64,000 nucleotides of DNA from a virus (taxonomy: Duplodnaviria; Caudoviricetes): positions 192,001-256,000 of the IMG/VR virus record IMGVR_UViG_3300028833_000057, one strand, 5' to 3'. A program made the translations under genes and the position numbers. Shown one piece after another: positions 1 through 11,375 of the stretch (positions within the stretch are counted from its first letter, which is position 1; each line of letters starts with the position of its first letter). The notes under the pieces were generated by a model, which searched no databases, was not told the DNA's origin, and was given only the letters and a program-made list of their open reading frames with translations.

Positions 1-691
1 GAAGGACAGTATCAATACCCTTAATGGTAATATATTTTCCAAGTGCTATTAAATGAGCTTTGTATGGATATGCTCTCGCAACATCTTTAAGTCCATTATC
101 ATCAGATTCAAGAAAGTAATCATTATTACCACTATCATCATTTTCATCTAGTACATATAGTTCAAAATATTTATCTTTCTTATTGTAGATATAAATACCA
201 TCATCATAAATATTTGGAATTTCTGTACAATAGAACTGACGAAATTCAGGATCATTACCCCTGTAGACTGTAAAATTCGTTTCTGCATTTTCGTATTTAG
301 TAATTCTACCTGTAAAGATATCTATATATGTACTATAATTATTATCTAATGTAATTTCAGGAAAATACGTTGTAATACCACTTGCCACAAATTTTTTATC
401 TTTTTGAAATGGAAAATCTTGTGCGGTTTGATATGGAAGTAAATCTGAGTAATTAACATCTACATCATGCGGATCTTTCCAATATTGCAATTCTGCCAAG
501 AATTCTTTGCTAAATGCCGGAGTAAATTCAAATATACCTCCAACAAAGGAATCTTCCATAGGCTCGCATTCATAATCTGTATCGCCTGGATGATATAAAA
601 ACTTAAGAGAAGAATTATCTTTTGTAATCACAATCCCTTTAAAATTGCTAGGTAATTTTGTTTTAATTTTATAAGTGTGTATATTTGCCAT
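1..691 (-). CDS. hypothetical protein (partial, appears to run off window start)
   Basis: ATG at 691 with AAGGA RBS; frame read open by hand for ~90 codons (MANIHTYKIKTKLPSNFKGIV...). Confidence 0.65.
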   Translation of the reverse strand, partial: MANIHTYKIKTKLPSNFKGIVITKDNSSLKFLYHPGDTDYECEPMEDSFVGGIFEFTPAFSKEFLAELQYWKDPHDVDVNYSDLLPYQTAQDFPFQKDKKFVASGITTYFPEITLDNNYSTYIDIFTGRITKYENAETNFTVYRGNDPEFRQFYCTEIPNIYDDGIYIYNKKDKYFELYVLDENDDSGNNDYFLESDDNGLKDVARAYPYKAHLIALGKYITIKGIDTVL

Positions 692-735
692 ATTTGTTCC
701 TTAATAGTTAATTAAGCTAATTATAATATAAAAAA

Positions 736-765
736 TAAAGATAGAGCAAACGCTCTATCTTTATT
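736..765. terminator. intrinsic terminator after tail tube gene
   Basis: ATAAAGATAGAGC-aaac-GCTCTATCTTTAT with flanking A/T tracts. Confidence 0.75.
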
Positions 766-774
766 AATAAACTA

Positions 775-1575
775 TTAAGCTTCAGATTCATTACCAACGT
801 TTTCAGTCTGGAGGCACTGAATCGAGGCAAAGCTACTAAGCACACTGGCAGCATAGTCGAGAACACCAGCACCAAACCAACGGTCTGCTGCAAAGCTCTG
901 TTCGACCTGAACAGCTTCCTGCGTACCCTGAGAATAGTTAAGATGGTTTCTCTGAATCTTAAGCGGCATAACATTGGTGTAGTACGTTGCATCTTCAATA
1001 TCAAGAGAGATATCACGAGCAGTTGTACCAACCTTACCAGCAGAAGGCTTTAAGACAACATAAAGCAATTCGCCAGTATGGTTACGGGCAGAATAGTCAA
1101 CACCATGTTCAGCACAATACGGAGCATAACCAGAGTGAGGGTCACGAATTGACGACACCCAGTAGTTATAAGCACCAGTCACTGGAGAACCAGAGAATTC
1201 ATTGTGCGACATTGTGAAGCCAGTACCCTTAGAACCCATAATGCCAGCAAACTGAGATTCATTAGAGGTGAAACCTACCTGTACAGACACAGGAGAGATT
1301 TCAATATCATCGTTACCTTGGAATGACTTAAGATTCTTTTCAGTAATCCCGGCGAACCAAGGGAACTTTTCTCTAAACCATTTCGGTAAAACAATCCACT
1401 TAATAAAAGCAAAACCATTAACAAGTGGATCCATAGGGAGGGTCTTTGTATTAAAAGAACCCGTATAGAAAGTACCAGTATCGACGTTTTCGGTATTAGC
1501 CACAGCGAAAGTCTGTCCGGAAGCTGCCACACGGGTAAGACCGAAAAGTGTACCTTTTCCTAAAGATGTAGGCAT
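775..1575 (-). CDS. tail tube protein (putative)
   Basis: 266 aa directly downstream of the sheath gene; high-expression codon usage; size and position typical of a myovirus tube. Confidence 0.7.
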   Translation of the reverse strand: MPTSLGKGTLFGLTRVAASGQTFAVANTENVDTGTFYTGSFNTKTLPMDPLVNGFAFIKWIVLPKWFREKFPWFAGITEKNLKSFQGNDDIEISPVSVQVGFTSNESQFAGIMGSKGTGFTMSHNEFSGSPVTGAYNYWVSSIRDPHSGYAPYCAEHGVDYSARNHTGELLYVVLKPSAGKVGTTARDISLDIEDATYYTNVMPLKIQRNHLNYSQGTQEAVQVEQSFAADRWFGAGVLDYAASVLSSFASIQCLQTENVGNESEA

Positions 1576-1605
1576 AAATTTTCCTTTTTGTGAAAGTTAA
1601 AAGAA

Positions 1606-1641
1606 GGGGATAGGATCAGGATCTCTCAAGATCCTATCCCC
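1606..1641 (-). terminator. GC-rich hairpin between sheath and tube genes
   Basis: GGGGATAGGATC...GATCCTATCCCC 12-bp stem followed by a T-rich run on the minus strand. Confidence 0.55.
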
Positions 1642-1655
1642 AATTTCCGTTCAGA

Positions 1656-4600
1656 TTAGCTAGCTCTATTCACGACAAATTCGAACACAAAGCGTTCCAT
1701 GATGTCGATGAAGGCTAAATCAACCTTAACTCTACAGATCTTCTGTTGTCTATCATATGCAGAAGCAGAGACAACCGGGCTGATGTATTCATAACCACCA
1801 GCAAGCACCTTATTATTGGCAATATTATTAAGAGCTTCCTGGAGATGACCACGAATGTCATCCGTAGAGAATTCCATACGATAATTACGTGCTTCCTGTT
1901 CCATCTGTCTCTTAAGCTTCAGAAGCGAACGAACAGCATGAATCATAGACAACGGAGAAGTAATCTTCTGTGAAGTATTTTCCGTAGCGAACATGGTCGC
2001 CTGAGTGTCTTGTTCAATGTAGTTGATCTGATTCTTATACAGTTCAGTCTTTTCAGGTTCGGTCGGGAGCCAAGATACATCGCGGAAGCCCGCAATTGTA
2101 CCACGACGAGGACCAACAAAGTTATAGATTTCTGTATAAGCAGCATCGTTCTGAGGAATCTTAGTAGCAAGGAAGAAAGTCGGCGTAACACGCACAGGCT
2201 TACCTGTCCATTCATCATTGATTCCAAGAGTCTGAGAGAAGATAGACGTAAAGTAAGTATTATATTGCATCTGATCTTTACGCTTAGCAACAGCTTGAGA
2301 AGCATTTGCACAATCATGGTTCATATCAAGAATAGTGACACAATCACCTCTTGTAAGAGCAGCAAGATCGCTCATGGCATTCTTAACCGTGATATCATAG
2401 TTCGCATCCAGCATGACATCAAACACACAAGTCTGTGTATTGGTGACGATAGGATCTGTTGTACCATTATAAGCACGAGTCAAAGCCTGAGTTAGCGTAG
2501 AATTGGTGATAATTTCATCTGTTTCAGGATCGATGGTTTCATAACCCCAACCATTACCTCTAGAACCACCAGCCAGATAGAACACAGCGTTCGAATCGAC
2601 GGTGTTGTAGTAGAATTCAGAAACAAACGGATCGTTATAAATAACTTCACCAGTAGAGTCAGTCAAACTAGTATCCAGATGGCAAAGCTGTGCATCATAA
2701 CCAATAGCGGACATAAGGTCTGTATATGCAACATCTACAAAATCAGTTTCCTTATAATTATCGCCAAAGGTAGCTGCATTCAGTTCATCAAGAGTAATCT
2801 GGTTGAAAATGTACTTAATAACCTTATCGGTGTTCGGCACAATTTCATTACCATCTTCATCCTTAACGGCATCACCATTAGCATCTGTAATCTTGAGCTT
2901 CGTATCAATGAAGTTCTGGAGATTATCATAGTTGGCAACACAGGTCAGGTAAGAAGAATAACGGTTGACCACATCTTCAATGAACAAGCTTTCCTTGGTA
3001 CCAGAAATAGCATCTGGATCAAGAGCCACATCAAAGGATTCACGCACAATTTCAGAAGTATTGCTCTTCTCAATCACGGAGAGAGTAAACATACTCCAAT
3101 CAGGATAAGTATTATTGTACGCATTTTCATAAGTAAGCGATACAGCAAGTCTATTGTACCAAGGACCAGAACCCTTAGGTAAGAATCTAGCAAATTCGAC
3201 AAAGCGAGTGCTAGACAGACGCATATCTGCAGCATCAACAGTCTGAATATTCACACGATTTTCATCAACGACATATCCACGCTTGAAGTCAGCAGGAGTT
3301 GCACCTTCATGAGCGATATTGTCCTTGCTACGATCAGTGAAAGCTGTAGCGCAGAAGCCAATAGCCTTGTAAGTATTTTCAATGTAGGCACTATTAGGAA
3401 CGAAACCAGAATCTTCATAAGTAACCTGATAGTTCTGATTCTTAACATATTCGCTAATAGAGATAGCCTTAAAGGAGATGAGTTCAGTAGTGTCATCCAA
3501 AGAAATGAGTGTAGCACCATTTGCAGTGGAGTAGAAGCTGAGCTTAATGGTGAGATTATAAGAATCACCAGAAGATGTAGCACTAATAGCTGGAGCAATA
3601 TTCCAAACAGGAACAGCATAGTTGTTCTCACCAGTAGGAATAATTACATCCTGATTAGCGGCATTTTCAATCAGCTTTGCAAACACTTCAGGAACTTCGA
3701 TACCTTCAATAACGAATTCAGCATCTGTATTAAGAGCATTACCTTCTTCAGAGCTGTAAAGACCAATAGCCTGCAGATCAGCATCCGTAGAAGATGCAGC
3801 GAAGCCCTTAGTCTCTTCGTCAATAATAGATTCTCTGTACTTCTGTCCAAGATTTCTGATCTGAACATCGGCAAATGTATCTGTAGCCTTCAAAGAAGCC
3901 TTAATCTTCTTAAAGCCTTCCTTTTCAGATTCAGAAGATTCGAACTTAAAGAGCGGAGCAAGATAGCTCAAAGCTCTAACAGCCTTGTTGAAGTCAGCAC
4001 CATTACCCTTAGCATTGAAACTAATTGTAGCAGTTTCATTGAAAATGGTTTCAGTGTTCTTCACCATAGATTCGAGGACTGTGTCATTGGTGAGTTCACC
4101 ATTAGCAGTAACCGGTTTTCTATCTTCTGACTTAGTTTCGTTAAAGATTTCAATATCATCATTGGTCATGTAGAACCCATAAACAGGTTCGCCATTGGAC
4201 GCATAGTTGACATTGTAGGTCTTTACACGTTCGTAAATACCAGTAGACGGAACATCAGTTTCCTCAATTTCACGAATCTGAGCATAAGACGGAGCATTGT
4301 AGTTGTAATAACGAATATAGTTCTTCGTCATTGCAGCAGTCTTATATGGTGTACCATCTTCATAGAAGACTTCATAGCAGTAATGCCATTCAGCTTCAGA
4401 ATTCATAACGGTAAGCTTGAGATTCTGATTTATCAAGCCAAGATTCTTGAAGGCGTAGCTAGCATCTTCAAAGGTCTTTTCATAGCATGGACCATAAAGG
4501 CTCGGATCCATTGTACCAAGCTTATTAAGATCTTCCTGGCTAATGGCAGAAGAACCAGCGGTTAAGCCTTGGTTATTGCCATCCTGAATACCAACTGATC

Positions 4601-5774
4601 CACCACTTGTTTCAGCATAGACATCACCGATTGCAGTAGCTGTAAATGCAGCATTAATATCTTCAGCAATAGAAGCATAATCTCTGTCTTCAGTAACAGC
4701 ATAAACAGCTTTAACATACTTAGGAACAGAGAGAATATTGCTACCAACCACAACGGCGGTGTCTTCAGGAGCAGTTTCATATGCAGCATCGAAACCAGAA
4801 GAAGCCTGAAGAATATAGTTAACTGTAAATGTATCATTGTTAGTAGAAACGTCCCAGCCAATAATATCAGGGGTCTGGTCAACTAAGATAAGGAATGACT
4901 GATAGTCAGCGGCAGTAAAGAAAGCTTCGTACGCAGAAGCATGAGCACCTTCACCGGGGAAATGACGAATGATACCAGTATCAGTCTGGTTTGTAGGATT
5001 GTAATCCGCGATCGTCATTCTGGCATACTTGCCAACAGAGAAAGTATCGTATTTCTGTTCACCACGAAGATGAGCCTTAGCACCGTTAGCAAGAAGATTA
5101 TCAGCATAGCTCATACCAAAGTCAACAGTGACTTCCTTCTTGACAGCCAAAGCTTCCATAGCGGCTTCATTATCATCAGATAATCCATTACCTCTATTGT
5201 AAAGGCTAATGGCATCCTTAGTCATAGTTCCGAGTTTGCTTTCAACACTCAGAATAGCACCGGTTTCTTTATCAGTCTTACCGGCATAGAATTTTTCAAC
5301 AGGAATTGTCGTTCCAGTAGAGAGACCACGAACAAACTTGCGGTTATCATCTTCGGCAGCAACATCTAAATTCCAAAGTTTGACCTGGTCAGAAGTAAGG
5401 GTTAAATTCTTGTATTCCTCTTCATCATTGGTATAGGTTTCTGCATCATTGTAACCAATACCAAGAGATAATGAAGCAAATGTTTCATCATCAGGAACAA
5501 CCCTAATTACCCATAGGCCACCACCAGCACGGAGCCAGTTCATGGCATTCATTCCTGCCTGACCCCACTTCGCAAAGTTAGGTTCACCAAGAGTGAAGAT
5601 AAATTGGGATGCACTAGATATATACATAGCCTCATTAGGCGCACCCTTCTCCGCTTCCAAAGCCACAAACATGTTGTTAAGACCAGCAGCGGTCAGCACA
5701 ACACTTGACGTGTCAATAATCTTGGAAGTTACAGACGGATGGAGATATTTAGGTTCTGTACTCATATATTTCAT
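1656..5774 (-). CDS. tail sheath protein with large central insertion
   Basis: N-terminal YLHPSVTSKIIDTS...GEPNF...GGGLWVIRV and C-terminal GPRRG...LYKNQIN...V-R-LLKLKR...IMERFVFEFVV are sheath-like. Confidence 0.85.
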   Translation of the reverse strand: MKYMSTEPKYLHPSVTSKIIDTSSVVLTAAGLNNMFVALEAEKGAPNEAMYISSASQFIFTLGEPNFAKWGQAGMNAMNWLRAGGGLWVIRVVPDDETFASLSLGIGYNDAETYTNDEEEYKNLTLTSDQVKLWNLDVAAEDDNRKFVRGLSTGTTIPVEKFYAGKTDKETGAILSVESKLGTMTKDAISLYNRGNGLSDDNEAAMEALAVKKEVTVDFGMSYADNLLANGAKAHLRGEQKYDTFSVGKYARMTIADYNPTNQTDTGIIRHFPGEGAHASAYEAFFTAADYQSFLILVDQTPDIIGWDVSTNNDTFTVNYILQASSGFDAAYETAPEDTAVVVGSNILSVPKYVKAVYAVTEDRDYASIAEDINAAFTATAIGDVYAETSGGSVGIQDGNNQGLTAGSSAISQEDLNKLGTMDPSLYGPCYEKTFEDASYAFKNLGLINQNLKLTVMNSEAEWHYCYEVFYEDGTPYKTAAMTKNYIRYYNYNAPSYAQIREIEETDVPSTGIYERVKTYNVNYASNGEPVYGFYMTNDDIEIFNETKSEDRKPVTANGELTNDTVLESMVKNTETIFNETATISFNAKGNGADFNKAVRALSYLAPLFKFESSESEKEGFKKIKASLKATDTFADVQIRNLGQKYRESIIDEETKGFAASSTDADLQAIGLYSSEEGNALNTDAEFVIEGIEVPEVFAKLIENAANQDVIIPTGENNYAVPVWNIAPAISATSSGDSYNLTIKLSFYSTANGATLISLDDTTELISFKAISISEYVKNQNYQVTYEDSGFVPNSAYIENTYKAIGFCATAFTDRSKDNIAHEGATPADFKRGYVVDENRVNIQTVDAADMRLSSTRFVEFARFLPKGSGPWYNRLAVSLTYENAYNNTYPDWSMFTLSVIEKSNTSEIVRESFDVALDPDAISGTKESLFIEDVVNRYSSYLTCVANYDNLQNFIDTKLKITDANGDAVKDEDGNEIVPNTDKVIKYIFNQITLDELNAATFGDNYKETDFVDVAYTDLMSAIGYDAQLCHLDTSLTDSTGEVIYNDPFVSEFYYNTVDSNAVFYLAGGSRGNGWGYETIDPETDEIITNSTLTQALTRAYNGTTDPIVTNTQTCVFDVMLDANYDITVKNAMSDLAALTRGDCVTILDMNHDCANASQAVAKRKDQMQYNTYFTSIFSQTLGINDEWTGKPVRVTPTFFLATKIPQNDAAYTEIYNFVGPRRGTIAGFRDVSWLPTEPEKTELYKNQINYIEQDTQATMFATENTSQKITSPLSMIHAVRSLLKLKRQMEQEARNYRMEFSTDDIRGHLQEALNNIANNKVLAGGYEYISPVVSASAYDRQQKICRVKVDLAFIDIMERFVFEFVVNRAS

Positions 5775-5942
5775 CCTTTTAAGTTAAATTTAATAGCGAA
5801 CATCGCTACGTAATAGAATATCTAATGATTAGTTGACGGGATATTAAACAAAAGTATAAACATTATTAGTTTGATGGATTAATCCCACATTAAGATTAAC
5901 ATTAATTCAAAATAGGGTAAGCCTTAGCTTACCCTTTTAATT

Positions 5943-6665
5943 TTAATAATAAAGCATTTCTTCAGTTGGAGGAACTTTATTCTTTTTACCAAGTTTAGAA
6001 ATAGTAATGGATGATGCTAAAGCAGAATTAATATCTTCAAAAGCTATAGCAGAAAATACTGATGTGGCTTTAGGAATATCACCAATTTTAATAGTAGCAT
6101 ATCCATTTTCATTACCAGTCTTTCCAGCAATGAATCTATATGGCGTATTAAGATCATGTTTATCTCTAGCTAATTCGGACATCGTCATTTCTGAAATAAA
6201 ATCAGGAATGCCTAAACTAGCTTTATTAAAAGCCATGCATTCATTTACCAAAGAAGGTAATGTAGAATATTTAATATCTTGCGGAAGTTTACCATTAATT
6301 AAAAAATTAACAAACTTGTTTAATTCATCTGTAGATGCAACATGCATAGAAGAATTAATAAAAATATCACCATTATATACGGTATATACGCTAAATTCTT
6401 CAGGTTCTTCATCTGGATTAAATGATCTTATTGCCTTAGATACTTCAGAATATTTAAACCCAAGGCTAATAGGAATATTTAATTCATATACCTCCGGCTT
6501 AGAATTTTCATTTGGATAGATCTCTAAGTATACAAATCCCATTGCATAAATAGTATCACCATTTTCAGATGCAAGATTTTTGTCAAAATAGTATGATCTA
6601 ATGTATGTGCATATCTTATAAGCATCACACATATATTCATTATTTACAAGTTTAATTCCATTCAT
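5943..6665 (-). CDS. RNA polymerase beta' C-terminal subunit (split, probably virion RNAP)
   Basis: C-terminal IPKATSVFSAIAFED resembles the beta' SFxSAASFQE motif; late-type motif upstream. Confidence 0.6.
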   Translation of the reverse strand: MNGIKLVNNEYMCDAYKICTYIRSYYFDKNLASENGDTIYAMGFVYLEIYPNENSKPEVYELNIPISLGFKYSEVSKAIRSFNPDEEPEEFSVYTVYNGDIFINSSMHVASTDELNKFVNFLINGKLPQDIKYSTLPSLVNECMAFNKASLGIPDFISEMTMSELARDKHDLNTPYRFIAGKTGNENGYATIKIGDIPKATSVFSAIAFEDINSALASSITISKLGKKNKVPPTEEMLYY

Positions 6666-6732
6666 ATTGGTATCCTTTTACAATACGAAGTTGATATATG
6701 GTAAGCCATGAAGCTTACCATATATCTATAAC

Positions 6733-7560
6733 TTAAATTTCAGGATGATTTGAAATTTCGTTAAGTACAGTTTCATTAAAAGACTGCATAGCTGGAATAA
6801 TATGCTTCATGCAGTTAAAAGATGAATCGTCTTCAGCATAGAGTTCTTCACCACCATGCTTATAGAATAGACCAATAAGATTACAATTAATAGCAATCTG
6901 TTTTACGTATCTTGCTCTTGTAGTCCAGCCATCTTTAGTAACAAGTGCATCAATAGCTAGAACTAGATGTCTCCAGAGATTCTTAGTAACATTTGGTACA
7001 AGTTCTACATTCTTAAGAGAACGAATATCCGGGAACTTTTCAGAACTCTTAGCAAACTTTTTACTCAGACGTTCATAAGCTCCATCTTTAGCATTAGATC
7101 CCTTCTTAGCAGTAGCCTTACTAAAATAAGCATTATTTTTACGATACTTTACAAGGCCTTCATCAACATATATCTTTTTAATAGCATCTAACTCAAAAGC
7201 ATCCTTAAGCATAGAAACAATATCGGCATTTTCTTTAGGAACATTGCCTTCTTGCATAGCTTTAAGAGTTAAATCAGAATCATCATACATTGCAGAGAAT
7301 ACTTTAAAAACATCTTTAAAAGTATGCTTCTCTAGTACTTCTTGAGACTTCTGTATATATTCTTCCGGATCTTCACAGTCTATATCATTAAGCTCTTTTT
7401 TCATAGCTTTAATTTCAGGCGAAGATTCCTCTTCAATAACTTCAGCATCCATAGCTGTAGCAGTATCTAACTTGTATTTTTCTAAATCCACTATATTATT
7501 ACCATCAGATACAACTTCAGGTTTAATAGCTTTATTTTCTTCGTTGGTGGGAGAATTCAT
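6733..7560 (-). CDS. hypothetical protein
   Basis: 275-aa ORF closely spaced with neighbours in the terminase operon. Confidence 0.7.
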   Translation of the reverse strand: MNSPTNEENKAIKPEVVSDGNNIVDLEKYKLDTATAMDAEVIEEESSPEIKAMKKELNDIDCEDPEEYIQKSQEVLEKHTFKDVFKVFSAMYDDSDLTLKAMQEGNVPKENADIVSMLKDAFELDAIKKIYVDEGLVKYRKNNAYFSKATAKKGSNAKDGAYERLSKKFAKSSEKFPDIRSLKNVELVPNVTKNLWRHLVLAIDALVTKDGWTTRARYVKQIAINCNLIGLFYKHGGEELYAEDDSSFNCMKHIIPAMQSFNETVLNEISNHPEI

Positions 7561-7562
7561 AA

Positions 7563-8387
7563 TTATCCTTGTTTTGCGTATGTTTTAAATAGTTTAGACC
7601 TAATCTCCATTACAATCATAGAGAATATATCTGCAGAATTTTCGGGATCAGTCTTTAAGTTTCCAAAATAACGAGAAGATAATTCCTGCACAGAAATTAG
7701 TTCAAGATTTTCTAGAATCACAGCATTATGCCAATAATCTTCAAGATTCTTAGTAATTTCTATTACAGGATCATTTACTTCATATTTGCCTTGAATAATT
7801 TCAGATACTACATTTTCCATCTTATCAAGAATAAGAGCAATACCTGGATTTTTTAATTTCTTTCTTTCTGTCTTTAGAGATAGATCCTTACGGTCACCAT
7901 TTGGCTTAAGATCTGATATGATATCATTTAAATTATCTTCAATAATATTATAGATATAATTGCAGATATTTTCATACCTATAGACCACAAAGAATTCATA
8001 TAAAGCTTGAAGCAATTCTCGACCTTCAGTATACATCAAGTCTTCTGAAAGATTCAAAGCAGTACTATTAGGATCTATACCCAAATAGTTCTTAAATGTC
8101 GCAAACATTTCATGCATGCATTGAGACATGAATAGCTTAACTGTATTAGCCTCTTCAAATCTGCTTTCTTCTTCAGATTTATAATTAAGTAGAGATAATT
8201 GCGATAATACAGATGAGAGTTTGTCATCAGCAGTACCATAAGAAATCTTATCAAGATTTGCTAGCTGCTCTTGAAGTGCAGAATATTCAACTTGAATATC
8301 TGAGTTTATCACAAAAGATGGGCTTAATAACTGGCTTGATACTTTTTCTTCAAACTCATCATAAGTTTCGTTAAGTTTCGCTTTCAT
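7563..8387 (-). CDS. hypothetical protein
   Basis: 274-aa ORF starting 4 nt after the terminase stop. Confidence 0.7.
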   Translation of the reverse strand: MKAKLNETYDEFEEKVSSQLLSPSFVINSDIQVEYSALQEQLANLDKISYGTADDKLSSVLSQLSLLNYKSEEESRFEEANTVKLFMSQCMHEMFATFKNYLGIDPNSTALNLSEDLMYTEGRELLQALYEFFVVYRYENICNYIYNIIEDNLNDIISDLKPNGDRKDLSLKTERKKLKNPGIALILDKMENVVSEIIQGKYEVNDPVIEITKNLEDYWHNAVILENLELISVQELSSRYFGNLKTDPENSADIFSMIVMEIRSKLFKTYAKQG

Positions 8388-8391
8388 ATAT

Positions 8392-10329
8392 CTACCTATT
8401 TAGATTAAAAATATTCTTAGCTTTATTCTTAGATTTAGTTTTGGAGACTTCCGCGGAGTCTATTCTAGTTATAAAAGACCTAGAAGGTCTCACTATAATT
8501 CGTGTAGGATCATCTTCTTCATCCTTCACTAAATTGTTTTTCCTGATGTATATTCTATTTTTGAAAAAGTTATAAGTAGAACAAGTCATAGCATAACGTC
8601 CAATCAAAAAAGAAAAGACATTATCGTCATGACAACCATCGGCATGTTCAATTTTACCAGTATTCTTTCTTTCCATAGTCTTAAGCTCTTTATTAATATT
8701 CGGTAAGACTATATCTTCTGGATTTTCATTTACTATCTTAAATAGCATATCTATCATAACATCACGGCTTTTGGGCGTAGTATCTATACCATAAACACGC
8801 TGTTTATTATCACTGATATCTTTGAACTTTTCGCCTGGTTTTACTTTAGACTTATCTTCATAGAATAATCTCATACGAGTCGAAGGCTTTTTAGCTAGCT
8901 TCTGTATTATAGCTAGACCATAAGAGTTTCTTTCTATAACTATACATGAATTAACAAAGACTTTTGTAGCAATATATTCAATGTAATCGCCAAATTCATC
9001 TACATCAATTCTATTATTTGCAAAGAATCCTATAGGCTTACCCGTTATCATACTAAATACGGTCATCACAGAACTATCAAGGCCAAGACCACCAGAACAG
9101 TCATTAGAAAGCATTACTGGTTCATAGAAATCTATTGGCTCCATTAAATAAAGCTTTCTGCCTTTAAATCCAGTATTAAACGGTATGAATTTTTCAAATG
9201 GAACTGTATATGCTCTTACTTGTTCAAGTTCGTCTTCAGAGAACGGAGAGTTATCGGATGATAATGTCCATTCAAGATCTATTTCTCTTTTAATGGTTAA
9301 TTTATCATAGTTACAAAGACGCTTTTGTTCTTCATACCATTTTTCGTCTTTACCAAGTTGTCTCCAAGAAAATTCTATATGTACAAAGTTATTCTCAGAA
9401 TGATCATGGACATATTGAGAAAGTTGATCTTCAGGGCAATCATATACTTCTTTCTCATCAAATGGCATAGCCATATCAAACATCATCTTACAATATTGAC
9501 CTTCTGGAAGGTCTATAGAATTTGGAGTAGTTGTAAGGATCTTAAAACTTGGATTTCCATTTTCAAGAGCTACTTCTCTAGCCTTAGATACTGCAAATGT
9601 AGAAGCATTATATATTACTTTATTATAAGGAGTGAATGCCCATTCATCGCCCCAGAAAATAGGAACGGTACAACCACGACCAAGCTTGTCAGCAACATCT
9701 GCAGAATTTGCACTAGGCATGACTTGAATTTCATTACCACGCTTAGACAAATAGAATATTTCACTATTGTCTTTATCTTCAACTGCAGTAGAATCTTTAA
9801 GCCAATATGGAATATAAGGATCAATAAATTCGGTAATACGTTTTAAATTTAAGGATGCATCAGATTGCTTTTTATTGAAAAGAAGAATATTGCTATTCAT
9901 TGCACCGAATCTTAATAACCAATCAAAAATAGCTGCTGCACCAATAGATTTACCATTTTGACGGGGCATCATTAAGGAGGTATCTATATTATGTAATACA
10001 CAATATGTTAAAGCTAAATTACCACGATTAAGAATATATCTTGTAGTACCACCGGGTACTTTAATTGTACATATTTCACGAAGATAGTACCAAGGATTAA
10101 TAATACATTCTCTCAATACTTTTGCTTTAATCCATTTATCAGGATTTTTCATAGATAATGGATCAATGTTTGCAAGATCTTTATCATATAAAGCCAGAAA
10201 GAACTTATTGTTCTTAATACCCATACTTTTTAGAAACTTATACATCTTAAGAAAAGATTTATTTTTAGTTTCTATTTGGTAATATACCTGATCTGGCATC
10301 ATCATCTGTGGTTCAAATACTTCTGACAT
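8392..10329 (-). CDS. terL: terminase large subunit
   Basis: Walker A PRQNGKS, Walker B FWGDE, motif III TTTPN, nuclease motifs NDCSGG and HDD. Confidence 0.92.
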   Translation of the reverse strand: MSEVFEPQMMMPDQVYYQIETKNKSFLKMYKFLKSMGIKNNKFFLALYDKDLANIDPLSMKNPDKWIKAKVLRECIINPWYYLREICTIKVPGGTTRYILNRGNLALTYCVLHNIDTSLMMPRQNGKSIGAAAIFDWLLRFGAMNSNILLFNKKQSDASLNLKRITEFIDPYIPYWLKDSTAVEDKDNSEIFYLSKRGNEIQVMPSANSADVADKLGRGCTVPIFWGDEWAFTPYNKVIYNASTFAVSKAREVALENGNPSFKILTTTPNSIDLPEGQYCKMMFDMAMPFDEKEVYDCPEDQLSQYVHDHSENNFVHIEFSWRQLGKDEKWYEEQKRLCNYDKLTIKREIDLEWTLSSDNSPFSEDELEQVRAYTVPFEKFIPFNTGFKGRKLYLMEPIDFYEPVMLSNDCSGGLGLDSSVMTVFSMITGKPIGFFANNRIDVDEFGDYIEYIATKVFVNSCIVIERNSYGLAIIQKLAKKPSTRMRLFYEDKSKVKPGEKFKDISDNKQRVYGIDTTPKSRDVMIDMLFKIVNENPEDIVLPNINKELKTMERKNTGKIEHADGCHDDNVFSFLIGRYAMTCSTYNFFKNRIYIRKNNLVKDEEDDPTRIIVRPSRSFITRIDSAEVSKTKSKNKAKNIFNLNR

Positions 10330-10379
10330 AAAACCTCAATAAATAACGATAAGAGAATGTCTCTTACCGTTATATCTCA

Positions 10380-10703
10380 TTATTTATGGTGTCTAAATGA
10401 TTTATCTGAATGGATAACTTTATTAGATACTTTCTCTAGATCAATATTTCTTTCTTCCGAATTCTTAAAAGTATAATCTATACTACCCTCTGGAGTAAAG
10501 CATATATTGACATAACCATGGTAATCATCGCCATACTCTATCTCAATCATATTATTTGAGGTAATGCCCATCTCCCAATCTTCAGTATCAACTCCTTTAT
10601 TTTCAACTCTATCTAAGAAATCTTCAACAAGCTTAAATACTTTTTCAGACGGCTTTTCACTGTATGTTTTATATTTTTCGAGTACTTCTCGAATGTATGA
10701 CAT
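10380..10703 (-). CDS. hypothetical protein
   Basis: 107-aa ORF with AAGGA RBS. Confidence 0.65.
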   Translation of the reverse strand: MSYIREVLEKYKTYSEKPSEKVFKLVEDFLDRVENKGVDTEDWEMGITSNNMIEIEYGDDYHGYVNICFTPEGSIDYTFKNSEERNIDLEKVSNKVIHSDKSFRHHK

Positions 10704-10772
10704 GGTTTTAATCCTTAAGGTTAATATGTAATATACATTATTAAGTTATAAAGGTTATTCTTACTTTATAGC

Positions 10773-11375
10773 TTATGTCTTTATAAGGATAAGTCTAGCC
10801 TCATAAGATACTGAATCTGAATCAAAATTACAATGGTCTAACATATTGAGAACCATTGAGATTTGTGATGATAATCTGTGAGCAGTTTCATATGCGATAA
10901 AGTTCTTATTATTTTTTTCAAGAAGTTCTTTATTAATCGGAAATGTCAGTGGATTATATGATGCTTTGACATTTCCATCATCATCGTATTTATCATCATC
11001 AGGTACGTCCTCATACAAATCTGTAATTAAATAGCATCCCAATGCAGTATAAATACTCTTTAGCTCAGTGATATAGTTGCTTTCAATTTTATTTAGTAAG
11101 TGCGATAAATATTTAAGATCTATAGATCTAATATCATTATATCCTTCATCTAAATTTTTAAATATCATCTTGAATTCCGAAGATAATGAACTAGAATCTT
11201 CCATATCTGCTAAACTTTCAATATTAAGATCGCCATAAATACTTAAGCGTTCAAGATCATATTTAAGATCTTCATTAATACAACTAAGATCACAATTTTT
11301 ATTTATGCAAAATAAATGCCAATTGTTTTTATTTTTTTCTTTATATTCTATATAGACTTCTGTATAAGATGACAT
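10773..11375 (-). CDS. hypothetical protein
   Basis: 200-aa ORF with GAGGT RBS. Confidence 0.7.
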   Translation of the reverse strand: MSSYTEVYIEYKEKNKNNWHLFCINKNCDLSCINEDLKYDLERLSIYGDLNIESLADMEDSSSLSSEFKMIFKNLDEGYNDIRSIDLKYLSHLLNKIESNYITELKSIYTALGCYLITDLYEDVPDDDKYDDDGNVKASYNPLTFPINKELLEKNNKNFIAYETAHRLSSQISMVLNMLDHCNFDSDSVSYEARLILIKT

